Of a stretch of DNA of 64,000 bases, positions 41,801 through 50,433 are shown in pieces. Source of the stretch: a virus (Duplodnaviria > Caudoviricetes); IMG/VR virus record IMGVR_UViG_2902759955_000002, positions 107,854 to 171,853 of that record; one strand, 5' to 3'. The translations under genes and the position numbers were made by a program. The notes under the pieces were generated by a model that made no database searches, was not told the DNA's origin, and saw only the letters and a list, made by a program, of their open reading frames with translations. Every line of letters begins with the position of its first letter. Within the stretch, counting starts at the first letter, position 1.

Positions 41801-42379
41801 TTAGGGCGATCCGAGTGCTGCGCGCACGATGTCGATGGGGTTGCGATAGGCGGCCCGGATGCGTATGCCGTTCTTGTCTGCGTGGAGATCCACCGCAAAC
41901 CGTTTGCTTCTGAGGGCCTGGAGTTCTTTCGCAGCGTCAAGCAGCTTATTGAGCGCTGCTTCTTCGGCGGCGTTCGTGCGCCAGTTGCATTCCCGTGCCT
42001 TCTGAGCCACAGGTGTTTCGTCTGGCAACGACAGCGTGATGGCGCCGTCGGCCGACTCGTTCAGTTGCATGGACAACTCACTGACCACCCGGCCGGTGTG
42101 GTGATGTGTGCCCGGTAAGACGATTTGGATTTTCACCAGCGCGTGCCCCGTCTTTGGATCCACGGCGCAACCGAAGGTGTAGCGCGGCGAGAACGCTTTG
42201 CCGCCGTTCAGCACAAGCGAGCGTTCGTAAAGCTTGTCGAGCCGCCTCACGACTTCGTTGACCGTATCCTTGGCCATGTAATCCGCCAATTCACCCCGCA
42301 GGAACCAGCTACCTGTCACGGACAGGGCCAGCAGCTTGCCTAACGCACGTCGGTCTACAACCAAACTGCTGTTTGCCAT
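41801..42379 (-). CDS. Hypothetical protein
   Basis: AGGAG RBS. Confidence 0.65.
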   Translation of the reverse strand: MANSSLVVDRRALGKLLALSVTGSWFLRGELADYMAKDTVNEVVRRLDKLYERSLVLNGGKAFSPRYTFGCAVDPKTGHALVKIQIVLPGTHHHTGRVVSELSMQLNESADGAITLSLPDETPVAQKARECNWRTNAAEEAALNKLLDAAKELQALRSKRFAVDLHADKNGIRIRAAYRNPIDIVRAALGSP

Positions 42380-42513
42380 GATCAGTCTCCTGTCATCGGG
42401 TCAATTAGGTTAACGAAAAGAAAGGCCTTCAGGACCGCCCCTCATACGAAGAGGGGCGGGAAGAAATTACTGAAGTTCGGGAGTTTTATTTCTGATGGTG
42501 GACGTGACGACGC

Positions 42514-42963
42514 CTACCGGAACAGCCTGTTTCTGCGGTCAGAGACGTAATGCAGCTCTGTGTGAAAGAGCAGCGAGTTCTCGACGATAAATACTGATTC
42601 TTGTTGATCAGGCTTCTCGAGCATGGCGCTCGCAGTGAGGACATCGTGGTTGGGGTCGACCGCGATGATCTGACTACGAAAGCGGATATTGATGGTGCAC
42701 GAGCGCCCGTTAGGCAGATTCGGAATACGCTCCAGTCCCGTGAAACTCACGGTAAAGAGTGGGGTGTGCGTATCGATGACCCGGAGTTCTTGTGGATCCC
42801 GGATCTGGCTGCGAATCGCCTGTTCAAATTCACCTGCTTTCTCGTAGCTGCCCCGAAATGCAGGGACCACGAGGTTGCCGATTCCCTTGAGGGAGAAGGT
42901 TGTCAGCGCTTGCGCGGTCTCGATCCACGTACCAGGAGGCTGGATGGGGTTCAAGTCGCGCAT
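42514..42963 (-). CDS. Hypothetical protein
   Basis: AAGGA RBS. Confidence 0.6.
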   Translation of the reverse strand: MRDLNPIQPPGTWIETAQALTTFSLKGIGNLVVPAFRGSYEKAGEFEQAIRSQIRDPQELRVIDTHTPLFTVSFTGLERIPNLPNGRSCTINIRFRSQIIAVDPNHDVLTASAMLEKPDQQESVFIVENSLLFHTELHYVSDRRNRLFR

Positions 42964-43197
42964 GGGGTGTTCCTTTCAGTTCGTGTTGTGTTTGTGATGG
43001 GTGTGCGTGCTGCGGTCCTACGTCGACGGCCTCGGAGCCGTCGTCCAGCGTGTCCTGCATTCAATCCTCCGAACGGACATAAAAAAAGAGGAGCCAAAAG
43101 GCTCCTCAAAGTCGGGGTCAAACTAAAGCAAGTTGGACGTTTTGACGGTCCATACTAAGGACTGAGCGCATTAAAATTGCCCAGGTCCACAGTGCGT

Positions 43198-43782
43198 TCA
43201 GCGCCAGCGCGGCACCATCGGGGACACATAGCCGCCTGCGGGGAACACGCCAGCACCAGCGAGTGCGCCCGCGTATCCAGGCATCGACATCGCATGGACT
43301 GTGCTTTCGTCGAGCGCTGCGCCGCTATCGAGCCACTCACGGAACTTTTCATCGATGCAATATCGAACGACGGTCGGACACTGACTCGCTGAGATCGGCA
43401 GATAGATGCCCGGACGGTTGCGCAGGCTCATATAGCCCTTGCTCTCGAAGAAAGCATCGGCGAACCGGAGCAGATCATCTGCGCCTTCTGCGATCACGTC
43501 GCTGGAGAATTCGAAATGCTCGCGCAACAAAGGAGAGATGCCATCACCGCAACGCAAGAACTCCGAGGGCTGCACATTGAAGACGCGCGCAACATCCACG
43601 AACTGGTCCAAGGTGATCTCGCTCGCGCCTGACTCGAGCTTGCTCCACCACGAGGGTGACCTATCGAGTTGCTCAGCGAGAAAGGCCTGCGTGAGACCGC
43701 GCTCCAGTCGCACCTCTTTTATCAGGACACGATAGACGGAGGAGACGTTCGTTTGCAGCTTGGCCTTTGCTTCATTGCTCAT
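43198..43782 (-). CDS. XRE/Cro-family HTH transcriptional regulator
   Basis: IKEVRLERGLTQAFLAEQLDRSPSWWSKLESG. Confidence 0.8.
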   Translation of the reverse strand: MSNEAKAKLQTNVSSVYRVLIKEVRLERGLTQAFLAEQLDRSPSWWSKLESGASEITLDQFVDVARVFNVQPSEFLRCGDGISPLLREHFEFSSDVIAEGADDLLRFADAFFESKGYMSLRNRPGIYLPISASQCPTVVRYCIDEKFREWLDSGAALDESTVHAMSMPGYAGALAGAGVFPAGGYVSPMVPRWR

Positions 43783-43832
43783 GGTGTTTTCCTTGTGACT
43801 TCGTTGGTGTAGTAAAGACTCGACACACATCT

Positions 43833-43848
43833 TCAGGAGAGTGATGTG
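43833..43848 (-). promoter_or_regulatory. Phage promoter motif copy (degenerate)
   Basis: Minus strand CACATCAC-TCTCC-TGA upstream of the XRE gene. Confidence 0.45.
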
Positions 43849-43891
43849 TGCCTGAGATTGGTTTGGATCAGGTATCGCGTGAATCGGGACG

Positions 43892-43924
43892 AAAAAAAGC
43901 CGACCTCTTTCGAGACCGGCTTTC
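43892..43924 (-). terminator. Rho-independent terminator after the TA operon
   Basis: AAAAAAAGCCG...CGGCTTT stem with a T tract on the minus strand. Confidence 0.6.
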
Positions 43925-43954
43925 TACTTCTTCAACTATCTTCCCGTTACAGCT

Positions 43955-44278
43955 TTACAGAATGGCTTCGAGGCCCTTGCGGTCCAGCAGGTTCAGCAGC
44001 TTCGCCGCCGTACCCGTCGGTTTCTTATCGCCGCCTTCCCACGCCCGAACGCTCGACGCGCTTGCGTTGATTGCATCGGCGAGCACCGCTTGGCTCACAT
44101 TCAGCTTTTTGCGAAGTGCCTTCACCGCGGCCGCGTCGTATTCCGGCACCGGCACGAGACACAGCTCATCGTACTCAGCCATCCGGCGCTTACTGATCAC
44201 GCCACTCTTGTGCAGGTCACTCGCCAACTCATGCATTTCTGCCGCCATGCGACTGCGCGGCTTGGCCTTAACAGTCAT
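43955..44278 (-). CDS. HigA-like HTH antitoxin
   Basis: VKALRKKLNVSQAVLA..INASASSVRAWEGGDKKPTG; immediately downstream of the RelE-type toxin. Confidence 0.85.
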   Translation of the reverse strand: MTVKAKPRSRMAAEMHELASDLHKSGVISKRRMAEYDELCLVPVPEYDAAAVKALRKKLNVSQAVLADAINASASSVRAWEGGDKKPTGTAAKLLNLLDRKGLEAIL

Positions 44279-44645
44279 TGCAAATCTCCTTGAAAGTTCC
44301 GTTTTCAATCTCGAGCTCAAGCGCTCTGGTCGTCATGGTCAGCACATCCCGGGCTGCTTTCTGAATGATCTTCAGGTCGGCCGAACTGATATTGTCCCGT
44401 TCGTTCTTCTCAAACCCAAACATGAAGAACCACCGGGAGCCCCGGTTGGTGGCCAGCAAGGTGCGGGCGCTCCCACTCTTGCCACGCCCGGGTAATGCGA
44501 CCCTTTTTTTCACGACGTTGCCGCCTAGGTCGGCGTCAATCAGCCCGGCGATCATTTCGTCGACTGCCAGACACAGCGCTTCGTCGGTCAGCTCGGTCTT
44601 GCGCATCCAGCGCCCAAACGTTCGTGTTTTGAATACCCGTTTCAT
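44268..44645 (-). CDS. RelE/HigB-family type II toxin
   Basis: RVFKTRTF.RW, DADLGG.V.KKR, GRGKSG.AR and FEKNERDNIS. Confidence 0.88.
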   Translation of the reverse strand: MKRVFKTRTFGRWMRKTELTDEALCLAVDEMIAGLIDADLGGNVVKKRVALPGRGKSGSARTLLATNRGSRWFFMFGFEKNERDNISSADLKIIQKAARDVLTMTTRALELEIENGTFKEICNDC

Positions 44646-44652
44646 CGTCTAA

Positions 44653-44681
44653 ACTATACCACTAAGAAGTATATTTTGCAT
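44653..44681 (-). promoter_or_regulatory. Sigma70-type promoter with overlapping palindromic operator
   Basis: ATGCAA-N17-TATAGT with TGn extension; TATAC-N9-GTATA inverted repeat; ATG 7 nt after the -10 box (leaderless). Confidence 0.55.
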
Positions 44682-44732
44682 TGAGGGGGTCCGGGATGAT
44701 GTTAGAGGAATCGGTGCGGTTTTTTCTAGACG

Positions 44733-44770
44733 ACATAGGGGCCCGGGGAGGAACCCCGGGCCTTATGCCG
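44733..44770. terminator. CATA-hairpin-TATG element
   Basis: GACATAGG-GGCCCGGGG-AGGAA-CCCCGGGCC-TTATGCC. Confidence 0.7.
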
Positions 44771-44775
44771 CTTGC

Positions 44776-46275
44776 TTACTTGTTGAACATGTTGCCAACA
44801 TCGCGACTGAAAGCGCGCAGCGCTCCGACCAGATCGTTCAGCTCTTCGCGGGTGAACTGGGTGCCCTTGATGGTGTAGCTAGCCTCGACCAGCGTCGCCG
44901 TCTTGGGTGCGTTCTCGCGGAATCCTGCATCCACAAGTTCGCGATACAGTTGCTTGAGTTCCTCGAAACCGTAGGCGACGCCCCGGATTTCGATCTTTGC
45001 CACAAAGAGGGGCACGGGGGCGACTTCGGTCGGCACGACCTTCAGGAGCGTGCCGGTTGTTGCGGTGGGAGCGGACATGGTGGTTTCTTCTTCCTTGTGT
45101 TGGACTTGGTTGAGGGGGAGGTCAGCTTGGGGCTGCGATTCCTGCCGTGGTTCGTGGACAGTCGCCGGAGCAGCGGCGCTCGCTTTCGATCGCGGCTGCA
45201 AATCGTCGGGCATTTCGAGACGCTTCAAACGGTAGGTGTAGACAGGCTGGTTCCGCTCGTTCACTTCGGTGCGACGCGTTGTGTAGCCTGCCTGGTAGAA
45301 GCGCGTCATCGTGCCGGAGATCGATCCGGGCTTGAACCCGAAATCGGCCAGTAGGATCGTCACTTCGCCCGCGGTGTATTCCTCACCATCCGCCATTAAC
45401 TTCCAGATCGCGACCATCACGTGATCAGTGCTGGCGATGGGGTCGTACTTCGGCTTGGCCGGCTCCTGCGTTAAACCCAGGCGGTCCAGCTCCGACTTGA
45501 TGGCAGTATCCAGATCGTCGAGCATACGACCGCCGGCATCGGTCGTCGGGTCGCTGTGGGCATAGTCGAAGCACGCGCTCGGCTCCTCGTTTGCGGTCGT
45601 GACCGCCGGCATCGGGATATGCGCCTTCAGCTTGTAGAGCATGTTCCTGCCGCCGTTGCGCCGATCGAAGAAGCGATTGCTGTGAATGCGCCCATCGAGA
45701 TGACGAGCGGCCTGCTGGTGATCGAAACCGAACTCCCGTAACAGTGCGTCCATCTCCTTCGAGGTGCGTTCCTTCCCGTCGCTCATGATCTTCCAGAGCG
45801 CGACTGCAACGCCCTCCTCAAGGCGGATCTGCCCTTTGGGATCGGGTATGTGCGCGGCCGCGATCTTGAAAGCCTTCGGGTCGGTTTTCTTCCTTGGTTT
45901 GATTTTTAGATCGTCGAGGGTGCGACCGCGACGCATGTGGTAGCAGGGGTTGCCAGCAACCACAGACGTTTCAAACCAACCCTGCGCGTGGAGCACGAGC
46001 ATGGCGGGTTTGATGGATTCGGCCGAGTCGGCAAAACCACGGTTCATCAACTGCTCGCACACTTCGTCTGTGGTGTAGCTCCGGCTATCCATCATCAGCT
46101 TGATAATGGCGACTTCAACCGCGTCTTCATCTGTGATGGTGGATGCCAGATCGTCTGGAACCGTCGTTGGCAGAAGCGCTTTCTTCATTCCGAACTTACC
46201 CCTATTACTCTTAGCTCTGTAGAGATTGCGCAGGTCGCGCAGGTGATCGCCACGTGTCCCTTGGTCATTCAGCAT
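44776..46275 (-). CDS. Protein with three repeated winged-helix-like domains
   Basis: IIKLMMDSRSYTTDEV, LWKIMSDGKERTSKEM and IWKLMADGEEYTAGEV repeats; GAGG RBS before ATG 46275. Confidence 0.65.
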   Translation of the reverse strand: MLNDQGTRGDHLRDLRNLYRAKSNRGKFGMKKALLPTTVPDDLASTITDEDAVEVAIIKLMMDSRSYTTDEVCEQLMNRGFADSAESIKPAMLVLHAQGWFETSVVAGNPCYHMRRGRTLDDLKIKPRKKTDPKAFKIAAAHIPDPKGQIRLEEGVAVALWKIMSDGKERTSKEMDALLREFGFDHQQAARHLDGRIHSNRFFDRRNGGRNMLYKLKAHIPMPAVTTANEEPSACFDYAHSDPTTDAGGRMLDDLDTAIKSELDRLGLTQEPAKPKYDPIASTDHVMVAIWKLMADGEEYTAGEVTILLADFGFKPGSISGTMTRFYQAGYTTRRTEVNERNQPVYTYRLKRLEMPDDLQPRSKASAAAPATVHEPRQESQPQADLPLNQVQHKEEETTMSAPTATTGTLLKVVPTEVAPVPLFVAKIEIRGVAYGFEELKQLYRELVDAGFRENAPKTATLVEASYTIKGTQFTREELNDLVGALRAFSRDVGNMFNK

Positions 46276-46324
46276 TGCTAAGCCTCGTTTATTGGTTATA
46301 GATAGAGTCATCCTGGATGGATGC

Positions 46325-46340
46325 TCACCCACGTTATATA
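46325..46340 (-). promoter_or_regulatory. Phage promoter motif copy
   Basis: Minus strand TATATAAC-GTGGG-TGA. Confidence 0.6.
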
Positions 46341-46404
46341 GGTCCCAAATCTTTTTCGATTGCAAATACGCGGCATAAGGGGAGGGCCGAAGCCCTCCCT
46401 AATG

Positions 46405-46896
46405 TCACCAGTCGAGATACGAGGGGCGTTGCTTTTCGTCGTCGTCGAAGTTGAACGACAGGCGCTTGGTCGCAAGCCACAGGTGCAGGTCAATCTGCTC
46501 TTGCATGCGGATGCCGGCCGAGATGGTGGATTGCGTCTTCCATTCGGTCAGGAGCTTGTTGTGGGCGTTGTCGTTCTTCACCCACTCGTCCTGCTCGAGG
46601 TTCGTGATCGTGTACAGATAGATCTCGAGCGTTTCCATGTCGCTGCGCGCAGGAATGCGGTTCTCCGGCACGCTCAGCTCGATCACGTTGCCATGCGCCT
46701 TGTAGCGCGTGATACCGCGAACCTTTTCCATCATGGAAGCGAAGGCCTGACCGATGGCTTCCTGCTTGTCGGTCGTCGCATAGAGCCACTCATTGGACTC
46801 GGTCTTGTCCCATCGGACGATCACACCGGAGCGCTTGAAGCCCGGCATGAGTTCTTTCTGGTTGTAGCCAGAGCCGTGGTAGAGGATCGGTCTCAT
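46405..46896 (-). CDS. Hypothetical protein, possible ADP-ribosyltransferase-like fold
   Basis: ILYHGS ... WLYATTD..EA ... EW pattern; ATGA-coupled to the upstream gene. Confidence 0.45.
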   Translation of the reverse strand: MRPILYHGSGYNQKELMPGFKRSGVIVRWDKTESNEWLYATTDKQEAIGQAFASMMEKVRGITRYKAHGNVIELSVPENRIPARSDMETLEIYLYTITNLEQDEWVKNDNAHNKLLTEWKTQSTISAGIRMQEQIDLHLWLATKRLSFNFDDDEKQRPSYLDW

Positions 46897-47417
46897 GCGG
46901 CACTCGTGCGCTGGGCGAGGTAGTTCTCGATCGTAGCCCGTGCGGCCTGCGTGAGGGCACTGCCATGTGGCGGGTGAACAAGCCGGCTCAGCATGGTCAG
47001 ACCCAGGCCCTGTTCGAGCAGATTCGCAGCTTCGATGGCCACGAGATCGGTCCGGTCTAACTCCGTGATAACGAGCGTCTCGTTCGTATGGCGATGAACC
47101 ATCGTGAGCGATCCCTGCGCATCCAGAATCGCCTGCGGCCGCTTGGTCACGCAGAACAGGTAGGCCAACCATTCGGCGCGCTCGCCGATCAACTGCTGGA
47201 CCACTTCGCGCTCGCCGAGCCGTACGCCGTCAAACTTGAACGCGTTCGTGCCGTAGATCGAATGGAAGAGACCCGCCAGCTGCACCTGCTCCGGATAGCC
47301 CCATTCAGCCAGCAACTTCTCGGTGCCCAGCAGATGCATGATGAACGCGCGACCGGTGTGACGCGTCATGCCGGTGCCGCGCTCACGCAGGAAAGAGAGG
47401 ATGAGTTCGCGGTTCAT
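46893..47417 (-). CDS. DUF6817-like (HD-related) protein
   Basis: HTGR.FI.HLLGT..LL..WG, AGLFHSIYGT, IGERAE.LAYLFC and EAANLLEQ. Confidence 0.7.
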   Translation of the reverse strand: MNRELILSFLRERGTGMTRHTGRAFIMHLLGTEKLLAEWGYPEQVQLAGLFHSIYGTNAFKFDGVRLGEREVVQQLIGERAEWLAYLFCVTKRPQAILDAQGSLTMVHRHTNETLVITELDRTDLVAIEAANLLEQGLGLTMLSRLVHPPHGSALTQAARATIENYLAQRTSAA

Positions 47418-48019
47418 GCTGCCATTCCTTTCGGAACGACCAACCGAGGCGCCACCTGCGATTTGAAAACGACACACTGACGCAACTCCGGACACTCGCG
47501 TGTCGGCGCGTTCGCTTTGTGCGGGATGTGTCCCGGGAAGCTCACGGCGCGGAACGGCATCGCCGGGACCGCCTTCAGGATGTCGCGCTCGCCAAAGTCG
47601 AAGAACAGCGTCTCGCCGCCCCAGGAACCCTTCCACTGGTCGGCCGCGTAGATGATCGTCGAGTAGTAGTTTTCCGTGTCCTTGTTGTCGACGTGCACGT
47701 AACCTTCGATGCCGTACGTGTGGGCATTGGCATAAACGCGCAGCGGCTCATGCCCCTGCAGAATGGTCTTGGACAGCAGGTCCCACAGTCGCGCGATAGG
47801 GACGGCGTTACGGTTGTTGGCCAGCTCGTCCGCACAACCGGTCCGGTTGTTGTGGTCGCCACCAGCGAAGTGCGCATGCCAGAACTGGAACCGGTCGTTC
47901 TTCGAGTTCGACTTCCAGCCGTACCGCCAGATGTTGCGCTTGAGCAAGGCAAGGATGGATGCCTTGAGTTCTTCGGGCACGAAGTTATCGTGCACAGCTA
48001 TGCGTTCGGCCAGCGACAT
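47414..48019 (-). CDS. 2OG-Fe(II) oxygenase (prolyl-hydroxylase-like)
   Basis: RVYANAH...HVD, W..SWGGET.F, FPG.IPH and R.C.VFK. Confidence 0.85.
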   Translation of the reverse strand: MSLAERIAVHDNFVPEELKASILALLKRNIWRYGWKSNSKNDRFQFWHAHFAGGDHNNRTGCADELANNRNAVPIARLWDLLSKTILQGHEPLRVYANAHTYGIEGYVHVDNKDTENYYSTIIYAADQWKGSWGGETLFFDFGERDILKAVPAMPFRAVSFPGHIPHKANAPTRECPELRQCVVFKSQVAPRLVVPKGMAA

Positions 48020-48700
48020 TTGTTTGCTCGTTTCTGAGGGTTCGGGTTTTACCGCATCCCGCAAAGCACTGTAGTGAACCAAGGCCAATTCCCTGCTCTG
48101 ATGGAGAAACAGCAGAACAAGGAGGGCACAGGGGACCAGCGTCACACAAGACACTGACTCTTACGCACGAGTGTCTCCGAGGAAACACGCGCATGCGCAC
48201 AGAACCGCAATGCACTGCAGGCTGCGCACTGAGAGCGGTGGCTCGATCAGTGGCATGTGCCTTGGCACACGCACTTCGCACAACTTCCTGGTGACATCTT
48301 CAAAGCCAGGCGTACCGATGAAGGGGACATTGCGTCAGCCTTCGCAGTCCGTTCTTCCGCCCAAGGAGAACGTTGGCCATAATCGGTGATAGATAGGCGA
48401 CCGTGACCAAGACGACTTAAACAACGAGAAGGGTTTCAAGATGGTCCATCAAGGAATGCGTCACTCGCTGTCTCCCGACAGTGATCGCGCCCGCGCGCGG
48501 GTGACATACTCTGGCTTCTCGTAACTACCCGGGATGCGGTCCCAGTGTCGTCAAGGTTTCGCAGGCCTTTCACCTGGGTGAGGCGACTGGATACGCGGCA
48601 TTGCACCACGCACCAACCCACTGGGGACTCGAACCCCTCATCAGACAGTTTCCAAGCGATGGCTGGCATCGCTCGCATACCATTACGTACAGGGTAATTC
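48020..48700 (-). ncRNA. Candidate large structured ncRNA with a 5' tRNA-like module
   Basis: No credible ORF; T-arm GGGG-TTCGAGT-CCCC (48623-48637); D-loop-like CGTAATGGTATG; many hairpins. Confidence 0.45.
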
Positions 48701-48889
48701 TTACTGCAACAGTCGCATTACTTCGCGCAGGCGTTCGTAGGTCAGCCCCGCGTTCGCTCGCGCGGTGCCCGGCGGACAAAGCAACAGGTAATCCGTCCAG
48801 GCGGAGGCGGCTGCATCGAGCGAACGCTGTGCGCGCACGCGCGCCATCTCGATGGCGTCTTCTTCGCTCAGAAAGTTGTCGTGAACCAT
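48701..48889 (-). CDS. Small hypothetical protein
   Basis: 62 aa ORF packed directly after the 48904 gene. Confidence 0.5.
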   Translation of the reverse strand: MVHDNFLSEEDAIEMARVRAQRSLDAAASAWTDYLLLCPPGTARANAGLTYERLREVMRLLQ

Positions 48890-48903
48890 GGTGGTCTCGA
48901 TAG

Positions 48904-49344
48904 TTATCGGGGTGCGTGAGGTCCCGGTGCACCATCTCCATCGCTACCGTCGCCATCCCCATCGCCGCCGGCGCCAGGGTCAGGTGCAGGGGGTGGAGGC
49001 GCAACAGCGGGAACATTCGGGAACGGCGCTTCTGCGTTCTGCTTCAGTCGCACGCCCGCGGCCGCCGCGATCATCTGGACGGCGAGGGCGCTTGCCCCGG
49101 TCGCAAAACCCATCTGATTGAAGACGTGGTGAACGTGCGTATCCCAGATCGACATCCAGAGAAACGCCAAGCCGTAAAGCAGGATGAGCGCATACACTAG
49201 CCGGGCCGGGTCGAAGTCGCCATTCCAGTTGGTAAAGCAGTCGGTACAGACTTTCCAGATGGTGTGTCGAATGCGTTTGAGCGTAATGATGGCTTTGGTC
49301 TTTCGCCAAAGCCGCTTTTGCCATGAGATGGGCTTTTGCGTCAT
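48904..49344 (-). CDS. Two-TM membrane protein with a Pro/Gly-Asp tail
   Basis: Basic N-terminus; two hydrophobic helices. Confidence 0.65.
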   Translation of the reverse strand: MTQKPISWQKRLWRKTKAIITLKRIRHTIWKVCTDCFTNWNGDFDPARLVYALILLYGLAFLWMSIWDTHVHHVFNQMGFATGASALAVQMIAAAAGVRLKQNAEAPFPNVPAVAPPPPAPDPGAGGDGDGDGSDGDGAPGPHAPR

Positions 49345-49441
49345 AGGGGGTCCCCGTAGATAACGTGTTGCACAGGATTGCCACCCGGACTGCGAGGAAC
49401 AAAAAAAAAGAGGGATCCTCTCCTCTTTTGTGCCTGATCAC

Positions 49442-49600
49442 TCAGGCGCCAGCGTCGATACTATCGATCAGGTTCGTGGCCGTAAGACGCTCGCGATCAC
49501 TCATCGTCATGGCGATCTCACGCATCTGGCGAAATAGCCCATAAGCCTGTTCCCGCAGCTCATGGATCTGATCCATCTTTTTCTGATCGTCGTCGTTCAC
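49442..49600 (-). CDS. Small hypothetical protein
   Basis: GTG overlapping the upstream TGA; ...MDQIHELREQAYGLFRQMREIAM...; below the ORF-track size cut-off. Confidence 0.4.
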   Translation of the reverse strand: MNDDDQKKMDQIHELREQAYGLFRQMREIAMTMSDRERLTATNLIDSIDAGA

Positions 49601-49782
49601 GAGTGGGTACCCTGTTCTGCAGCGAGTCGCCGACGGGCTTCGTCGGAGATGCTGACGGTGTAATCGAGGCCGGGCGTGCGGGGTGCTTCAACGACCGCCT
49701 TGAATCGCCCCATCTCCTGGCAATTCAACTGGCGGGACGTCTGCCAACAAAGTGGCACGATAGGGGTGATCGGTGTTGTCAT
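49597..49782 (-). CDS. Small hypothetical protein
   Basis: ATGA-coupled; ends in ISDEARRRLAAE. Confidence 0.45.
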   Translation of the reverse strand: MTTPITPIVPLCWQTSRQLNCQEMGRFKAVVEAPRTPGLDYTVSISDEARRRLAAEQGTHS

Positions 49783-50084
49783 GCGGTCATGGGTTCCAGT
49801 ACGGGATCCGGCAGGAGATGCAGCTTTGAGGGGCGTTCATCGCCGGTGAACTTGTTGAACAACCCCTCCCAGAAAAACTCACTGAACCCAGGCTCTGCGA
49901 GGCGCACGACGCCACTACCCAGATCGACATAGGCGCAGGAGCGATGCATCAACTGCGGCTCGCCACCGCGGCGGGAATACCGCGTGAACTTGTTGTAGGC
50001 ATTCGCCAGTCCCACGCCGAGCGTGATTGCGGAAGGCGCTATGAAGCAGAGCGCGATGACCATCAGCGAAAAGTTGGTATGCAT
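49779..50084 (-). CDS. Small membrane protein
   Basis: N-terminal hydrophobic helix. Confidence 0.5.
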   Translation of the reverse strand: MHTNFSLMVIALCFIAPSAITLGVGLANAYNKFTRYSRRGGEPQLMHRSCAYVDLGSGVVRLAEPGFSEFFWEGLFNKFTGDERPSKLHLLPDPVLEPMTA

Positions 50085-50164
50085 GAGATAGCTCGGTGAA
50101 GTAGAAAAATAAAAGGACACCCGAAGGTGTCCTGAATAGTTGGGGCGCAAAACGACAGGCGGTG

Positions 50165-50263
50165 CTACTTGCGACTGACCTTTTCGTCAAAGACAGCCTT
50201 GAGCGTCAGGCCAAAGAGAAAGCCCATGCCGACGTATCCTGCGGCCTTTAAAAATCTGTCCAT
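50165..50263 (-). CDS. 32-aa single-pass membrane peptide
   Basis: AAGGAG RBS; MDRFLKAAGYVGMGFLFGLTLKAVFDEKVSRK. Confidence 0.55.
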   Translation of the reverse strand: MDRFLKAAGYVGMGFLFGLTLKAVFDEKVSRK

Positions 50264-50265
50264 GG

Positions 50266-50418
50266 TTACTCCTTAGCGGGTTGGGTGGGTTCAGCGGGCT
50301 TGGCTTCCTTGCCGACCTTCAGGGCAATCGGCAAGGCGATGGCGAGCGCTACGCCCGCGGCGAAGAGACACATGGCAGCGCCGTTGCTGAGCGGTGCGGT
50401 GTCTTCGGATTCGTACAT
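50266..50418 (-). CDS. 50-aa single-pass membrane protein
   Basis: GAGG RBS; MYESEDTAPLSNGAAMCLFAAGVALAIALPIALKVGKEAK... Confidence 0.55.
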   Translation of the reverse strand: MYESEDTAPLSNGAAMCLFAAGVALAIALPIALKVGKEAKPAEPTQPAKE

Positions 50419-50433
50419 GGTGATGTCCTCGAT

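Noticed and set aside
48020-48612. Group II intron (GTGCG follows the T-arm module on the minus strand)
   Set aside because: No recognisable domain V/VI at the 3' end, no RT ORF and no interrupted gene
48845-48889. Small ORF starts VHDNFLSEE, like the oxygenase N-terminus (VHDNFVPEE), suggesting a split or duplicated gene
   Set aside because: Similarity is limited to ~9 residues and the oxygenase already has its own complete N-terminus
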